Assembly: GCA_964016885.1 (NCBI GenBank)
Contig: OZ024743.1
Location: 363,940,001-364,004,000 of the forward strand
From: Eledone cirrhosa
Lineage: Eukaryota
DNA length: 64,000 nucleotides
Reading direction: 5' to 3'
Of the stretch, positions 57,701 through 64,000 are shown one piece after another. The notes beneath the pieces were generated by a model. It saw only the letters and a program-made list of their open reading frames with translations. It had not been told where the DNA came from and did not search any database. Every line of letters starts with the position of its first letter. Position 1 is the first letter of the stretch. A program made the position numbers and the translations under genes.

Positions 57701-60021
57701 TGCCATTGTTCTCAATATTTTTTAAAAACATAATCACTCATATTAGGTAGAAAAACATTTATTTAACGTATGACGTAGCGATTATTAGGTTGCGCAACTA
57801 CCAATGTTTTTATCATGACACCATCACTATGGTTGTTATTATAAAGAAATCATTGTCACCCTCATCACTATCGAACGCATCATCACTATCACCATCACTA
57901 CCATTATTATAAAAATCTTTTCCTTGGGAAGTATTTATATTACTTTCATTGGCCAGTACTGAAATTATTATAATATAGTTTAAGTTATCTAATATTAATT
58001 GTATTTCTTCTGTTGTTCGTATCATCCTCAGGCGGTCAAGATGGTACAGCGGACCTCAGAGGGATTTGCAGGTGTGTTAAGTCAATTGCTTAGCCATCCA
58101 TTGTATTCCACAAAATCTTCCATGCAAAACCTACTTCAGCTCATAGTAGAGAAATAGCATGTCTCTTTGAATAATACTAGATTTGACCTCAGAAGCATCA
58201 CTACTAAAGCTTCCATCTACTATCATTTACTGACACAAAGTTTCCTCGTGTATGTTTCAAATTATATCAGTATAATTTTCTCGATCTCTTCGGCAATGCT
58301 TGTCGTAATATACTATAAAAGGTACCTGGAAATCAACAAAATAAGTTTTGTACCAACCTTGTTTCACTTTGCTTTTGTATATGTTTTATTGTAGCAAAGA
58401 TCTGATCATCACACTTACTCCCTCTACGCCTTATGACTCTACCAATTTCCCGCATAATGATGTAACTTGTGACCAATAGACACATGTGACTAGGAGAGTG
58501 ATATCATCGTGCGTTATCATATAATATAGTTTGTTATCTACGATCTTTTAATAACTACTGACTCATGTTATTTTTATTTTATTACGATGTAGATGTTATG
58601 GAGTAACTGCAGTCTATTTTATTATATTGCCTTCGTCATCGTCATTTTACGTTCACTTTTCTCTACTGGCATGGGTTGGATGGGTCAACATGATCCATAA
58701 CTAGAAGGGTTCGAGAGCAACGTCTTACTTTTACATTCCAATTTTGGCATGGTTTCTGCTGGGTGCAAACCATTTTACAAAGAATACTAGATGCATTTTA
58801 TCGTGACACCAGTACTATCACGTTTTATTAAAAGCAGCGTAAACAGGAAAGGATTTCTTAGGAAGTGTATTCTAATCGGAGAAAGCATTTGAAGTGGAGC
58901 GCGTCCCATCTTGCTACTCTCGGAAGGAATTGTCGAATTTTAAAGAGCAGAGTTTAATATATTCATATCAGGAAATTCCAAAAGAAAATTTAACACAATA
59001 ATGTTTCAATGTATTAAGTATAAAGGAATATCAGTCAACCGAAGTTGGCATGGCTCAATGAATAGTTTCAAGAGCGGTGCTGAAATGGTGACGCGAAAGA
59101 GATGGAGTGGGTATATAACAATCGGAGTTGAAACGTTGGAATATAATAATTGAAGTTCGAACCTTCAGCAGGGTGGTTAGTTATTTTCAAATGTAATAAT
59201 TCAGATCATTTTTTTAGAAACGAAAGAAAACGAACACAAAACAATGGTTTATAATTTGTTAATTATTGAGTGACATATATTATAAATTATTAAACGACAA
59301 AATCTGTTGATTTTTGTATGACGGAAATTATTTACATTATCAGAAGTTTAAAGTGACCCTGGTCACTTTTGGTCAGTTTAGCCAAAGTTTTTAATATAAA
59401 TAATTGTTAATTCTGGTCATATGCTTCTATAAATGTATATTCATATATATAAATACATATAAATGTGTGGGGTGGAGACTTAGAGAAGAAAAGAGACATA
59501 AGTGCGCATATGCTCTCAAATAAGCATACACATGTAATCAGTGTTTTTAAATGAGTATACACTTGGTTGTAGAAAATATAACTATATGTTCATATATACG
59601 TGTATGCTTGTTTAAATGTATTTCCGTGTGTACTTGTATGAATGTGTATGCGTGCCCGTTTGCCAAACCTAAACTTCCCTTTCCAACTTACCAATGAGTG
59701 ACATCACGAAACTACATATCAAACTGTTCTGAAAGACTCAAAGATTTAAACAAGAACCAAATATTTCATGAGAAAATAGTTTGAATTGGTCTCCAGTTTT
59801 GAAATGAGTATTCAGCATGCATGATATTTTACTTAATACATCTAACTACATATTAATAAAGATGGCTGGAACTTTCAACAAAATGTAAAACATTTACGTT
59901 GTCTAAGACAGAATGAATGGACTTCCTTTGTTGAACCTTTTTCTTTCGGATTTATGGAGAGCAGAAATTCATATTTATCAAACAACTCCATTTCCAACAG
60001 TTGACATAAACCAACAAGATT

Positions 60022-60270
60022 TATTAGTGGTAAGGTCGTTAGACTCATGGCCTTAAGATCATATGTTCAATTCCAGAATCGAGTGGCGCTTTGTATCTTT
60101 GAGCAAAACACTTTATTTGCTTCAGTCCACTCAGCTGTGAAAAAATGAATACCAGCGGCTGTACGTTAAACCTATTGCGTCGAACCCAAGGTGGCGGTAT
60201 TTTACTCTCAAGCACTTAACACCAATCAAATCGGAATAAGCACTGGTTTGATAAGCCTCTAGGCTTGAGA
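60022..60270 (+). mobile_element. Second tRNA-SINE family, old (another copy ~60995-61235)
   Basis: TAGTGGTAAGG..GTTCAATTCC head and TTGAGCAAAACACTT..CAGTCCACTCAGC core in both copies. Confidence 0.65.
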
Positions 60271-62579
60271 GATAGTTTAACTTATAATGTTATACACATA
60301 TATAATTAGTGTATTAACTCTTGAGATAAATATACTAAGTGTTAAACACATGTATTGTGGCACTTAAGATGTGCTATATGTAGCAGGAAAATGTGTGATT
60401 GGAAAATAAGTTACACTACAGATATATGCACGAGGTATGTGCTAGAAAACATGTGGTATCACTTGAGACAATTCCCAGCTACAAAACAAGTAATAGGAAC
60501 TTGTTTCATGTGACATTGATTTTATTTTAGAAGCCACTTTTCTATAACATGTATGAAATTCATCACCGTGAAATGTTAGTTTATATCCTTTTGTCGCTGT
60601 ACAGATTTGGTTATATGTACAGCTAGAATTCACATTATGATTTTATTCAGATAATACTGGTATGTTGACAATAAGGATATACTAGCAAATAAATGATGAT
60701 AAAGTAATTATTTTGTTTTGTTTTTTCATGTTTAGTCAAGGAAAGAGAGCAGTGTCCATGACCTTTTACAAGGCCTCTGAGACCGGTAGGAGGGAGGAAG
60801 GGCTGGCTCTGGTAGGATAAAAGGCCTTGGATAAGGTATGAATGTTACTGCCCTCTATACTTTCTTTCAATTAATTCTTATATTGGATATGATCACTATC
60901 TTTACTTTTGTTGTTATTGTTATTTTTCAATGGCACTATGATGACAGGGTCATTGATGTTTTTGTTACAACTTTTATAGTTGTTTTGATTTCGCATGGCT
61001 TTGTGCTTAGGGTATTGGACTCACGAAAATAAAGTCGCAGATTCTATTACCGGACCGGATGATGAATTATGTATTTGAGGAAAACACTTCATTTAACGTT
61101 GCTCCAGTCCACTCAGCAGAACAAATTGAGCACCATTAGCAGCTGGAGATTCAGCCCTACGACGAACATGTACTCTCAGTTGCTTAATGCAAACGAGATC
61201 GAGTTAAGCACTGGCTTAATGTGTTTCTAGGCTTCAGACACAGCTGTTGTTGTTTAGCTTTAGGTATGCCTTCATCCAGCGAGCTTTTGATCAAAACTAT
61301 TCCAGTTGTGACTATACGATATTTTACAATCACTCAACTTTCCAATGTATCATTCTTTAATTTAATATGATTTGTGGGATATTTTTGGCTGCTATCTCTA
61401 GCAGCTCAAGCTAGCAAAAGCCTTCCTGGTGCTATAGTTATTTTTCTTGCTGTATTTGTTGACGGTTTCATGAAGTTAATGGTGTTACAGTTATTATTAG
61501 TATTAATTATTTTGTTGTTGCTGTTGTTTAACTTCAGGTTAGCTCTTATCAAGTAGGCCTATCATCAGAGGCAACCCAGCTATAAACATCTCATCTCTTA
61601 TTCAGATATACTCGTTTCGACTGCAAGAGTACAATTTTAGGGTTTCCTCACAAACTGTCTGTTGTTGTTGACAATGTTGTATTTCTTGCATATATGGTTG
61701 TAAACAATGCCCTTGTTGTTGATGTTTTGTTGGTGTTATTGTTGACCATAAAGTCAATGGTCAAAGTCATTTCAGACGTGATTATTCTATCGTTTTCCTA
61801 TGCACAGTGCACCTAGGACTACATTATCAAATGCGTCATTATTTTCTAGGACAGATACCAAGGGAAACAGCTGATTTTTCTAGTAGGTCGAACATCCTTG
61901 TTAATGCTCCTTCGCTGGCTTATTTTGTTGGTGTTGATATTGATGTTATAGTTCCAGCTTTTGCTGATAATTTTTGTTGCTGTTTTAGTTGTTGATGTTA
62001 TTGTTGATTACGTTTACCATACCATCAGATTTGACTATTTTCCAGTTTCTATATGAAACCAAAGAGAAATTAATTTATTGTAAAGTAATTTTAATAGATT
62101 CTTTATTAAGTACTTATTAGACATGCTGCATTAAAGACACGAATATGTTCCAGTTTGAACATTTTTATAAGTTTCTTTATAATCTCGTTCTGTAAACCCC
62201 TTACAGGCCGTTTGGAACAACAAAGTTCTTAAATCCATCATCAACGCTTCTAGACTTCAAATCATCTTCAAATGATCTTCGGGATTTGAAATGTTGTTGA
62301 CTTTTGTTCGGTCTTGTTTTTTTTTTTGTTTGTTTTTTTTATTGATAATGGATTTAAGAACTCTGTTGTTCCATAAGAGTTATCAAGGACTCATAAATAA
62401 AAATAACTATAAAAACTTAAAACTCGAACATAATCGTGTCTTTAGTACGACATGTCTAGAAGAAAAGCTGTTCCACATATACAAGTACTTATATATTATT
62501 TTATCATAACCATCCTCATCATTTACTGCTCTTTCGAATTCTCCATGTTGGTGTCGTTGTTGATGATGTTATTAGTATT

Positions 62580-62805
62580 GAGGGCGGTGGATTGTCAGTA
62601 TCGGTAGAGGGTCTGACACCATGCTTTGCAGCAAAGAGTTACGGCCCTTTATGGTCTGAGTTCAAATCCCGCCGAGGTTAACTTTGCCTTTCATCCTTAC
62701 GGGGTCGATAAAATAAAGTACCAGTCACGCACTGGGGTCGATTTAATCGACTTTCCCCTCCCCCAAAATTGCTGGCCTTGTGCTTATATAAGAAACCATT
62801 ATTAT
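62580..62805 (+). mobile_element. Full-length tRNA-derived SINE with Nin/Deu-like central domain (octopus OK-like)
   Basis: A/B boxes, GCCGAGGTTAACTTTGCCTTTCATCCTTACGGGGTCGATAAAATAAAGTACCAG core and (TTA)n tail. More than 10 copies or fragments in the window. Confidence 0.88.
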
Positions 62806-62912
62806 TGATGTATTCTGGTCATTTAACCCGTGGTGTATGTTGTTACACATATAAAGTGGTTTTTGGTTGAACCTGAGTTGTTTGAGCAAGTTTCTTCTCT
62901 TTTGATTTAACG

Positions 62913-64000
62913 TCAATCTGATGACGTTGTACTGACATCACTACAAGAAAGTTCTCCACTAAAATCCCCGCGGTCCACACCGGTGGTCCAGCTCTCGAGA
63001 AGGTCACTGAAATCAGGTGTTTTGGAAGAGTTCAACATATAACTGGAACGTGTAGAATATTTTGATTTTGTTGCCACTGAACCCGAACAGGGTTGTTTCC
63101 AGAAAGAACGAGGTAATTTTCTTTGGTTCATCGGTACAATATTATCATGTTTCTTCATATCCAACCGAAGACGTTTTAATTTCTTTGTCGACGTCTTCGA
63201 TTTTGAATCGAAGAAATTACGTAGTCCAAACTCAAACAATTCATTGAATGGTCCCAGTCCAATTGATTTATTCAAACGACCACTAAACTTATCTTTATTA
63301 TCAAAGCCTTCTGACGAAGACAATTTCTCGTGGGCTTGAGACAATGTCGCTGTTGCTGTGGTAGCACTATGCTTTGAAGAGCTTCGACGCGTGTCGGTGC
63401 TCTCTCCATGTGCAATTCTCAATAAATCTGCGTAATAGAGTTCTCGCCCTGATTTATTCGTTATCCACTTATCTTCATAAATATCACAAGAGTCCTCGTC
63501 ACTATGCTTACGACCGAAAAACTTTTGTATGTCGGCACTGATTAACTGAGCAAAATCTAACAGTTGCTTACTCACATTTGGGGATTCTGGTCTCCGTGGG
63601 TAGTTAAGTACGGGGAAGTAAACTTCCTCGAGGTCGGCCGAATAATGGGAATCGTGATCACTAAAATCATCATCATCACCATCACTTTCATTATTAACAT
63701 TCTCATCATCAATCTCGTTGTTCTTGTTGATGTTGGTGTTGTTAATGATGACGTTTGCATAGTCGCCATGGTGACTGCTTTTCATGACATTGTTGCTGTG
63801 GGCTTCGAATTGTCGAAATCCTTGAAAGTGGTCGCCATTGAATACATCATTGCTTACATGTGAAGCTGAAGCAACAGTAGATGTACCAGCAGTACTAATA
63901 GTGCATCTATTGCTGGAATAAATGTCCGTATCTTCACTGCAACTATCATCAAAACCATCGTCATTATCTTGCCCGTCTAGAGAGGCAGCTTTAGCAAGAG
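62913..64000 (-). CDS. PERCC1: PERCC1-like protein, uninterrupted ORF, 5'-partial (frame stays open to the window edge)
   Basis: Motifs QLLDFAQLISADIQKFFGRK, DSCDIYED, SGRELYYADLLRIA, LGPFNELFEFGL, PMNQRKLPRSFWKQP and PDFSDLLESW occur in the order I recall for PERCC1. There is no stop between ATG 63785 and 64000 (LAKAASLDGQDNDDGF...). Confidence 0.85.
   Translation of the reverse strand, partial: LAKAASLDGQDNDDGFDDSCSEDTDIYSSNRCTISTAGTSTVASASHVSNDVFNGDHFQGFRQFEAHSNNVMKSSHHGDYANVIINNTNINKNNEIDDENVNNESDGDDDDFSDHDSHYSADLEEVYFPVLNYPRRPESPNVSKQLLDFAQLISADIQKFFGRKHSDEDSCDIYEDKWITNKSGRELYYADLLRIAHGESTDTRRSSSKHSATTATATLSQAHEKLSSSEGFDNKDKFSGRLNKSIGLGPFNELFEFGLRNFFDSKSKTSTKKLKRLRLDMKKHDNIVPMNQRKLPRSFWKQPCSGSVATKSKYSTRSSYMLNSSKTPDFSDLLESWTTGVDRGDFSGELSCSDVSTTSSD

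Noticed and set aside
62580-62670. tRNA gene
   Set aside because: A/B boxes run into the SINE body and there is no complete cloverleaf.

Overview
AT-rich, microsatellite-saturated metazoan DNA. The tRNA-SINE families, piggyBac-type MITE and repeat texture suggest an octopus genome (inference from recognition, not a search). The only host coding sequence I can support is a PERCC1-like ORF on the minus strand at the right edge (62913 to beyond 64000). The rest is a nested transposon graveyard: Tx1/L1-clade LINEs, several R4/Dong-type RLE LINEs, RTE fragments, an RTE-derived ~610 bp non-autonomous element, a Gypsy pol remnant, a Chapaev3-type DNA transposon, three Penelope-like (GIY-YIG) fragments and many tRNA-SINEs. 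The main hidden signal is RNA structure. Reading by eye I find nine type I hammerhead ribozyme (HHR) motifs with intact CUGANGA/GAAA cores and paired stem I, plus about ten degenerate ones. They belong to several unrelated short non-coding modules lodged between (TA)n/(CA)n tracts, many built as foldbacks. One is a 336 bp palindrome carrying an HHR on each strand. Most ORFs in the supplied track are microsatellite artefacts. All folds are manual and ribozyme activity is untested.
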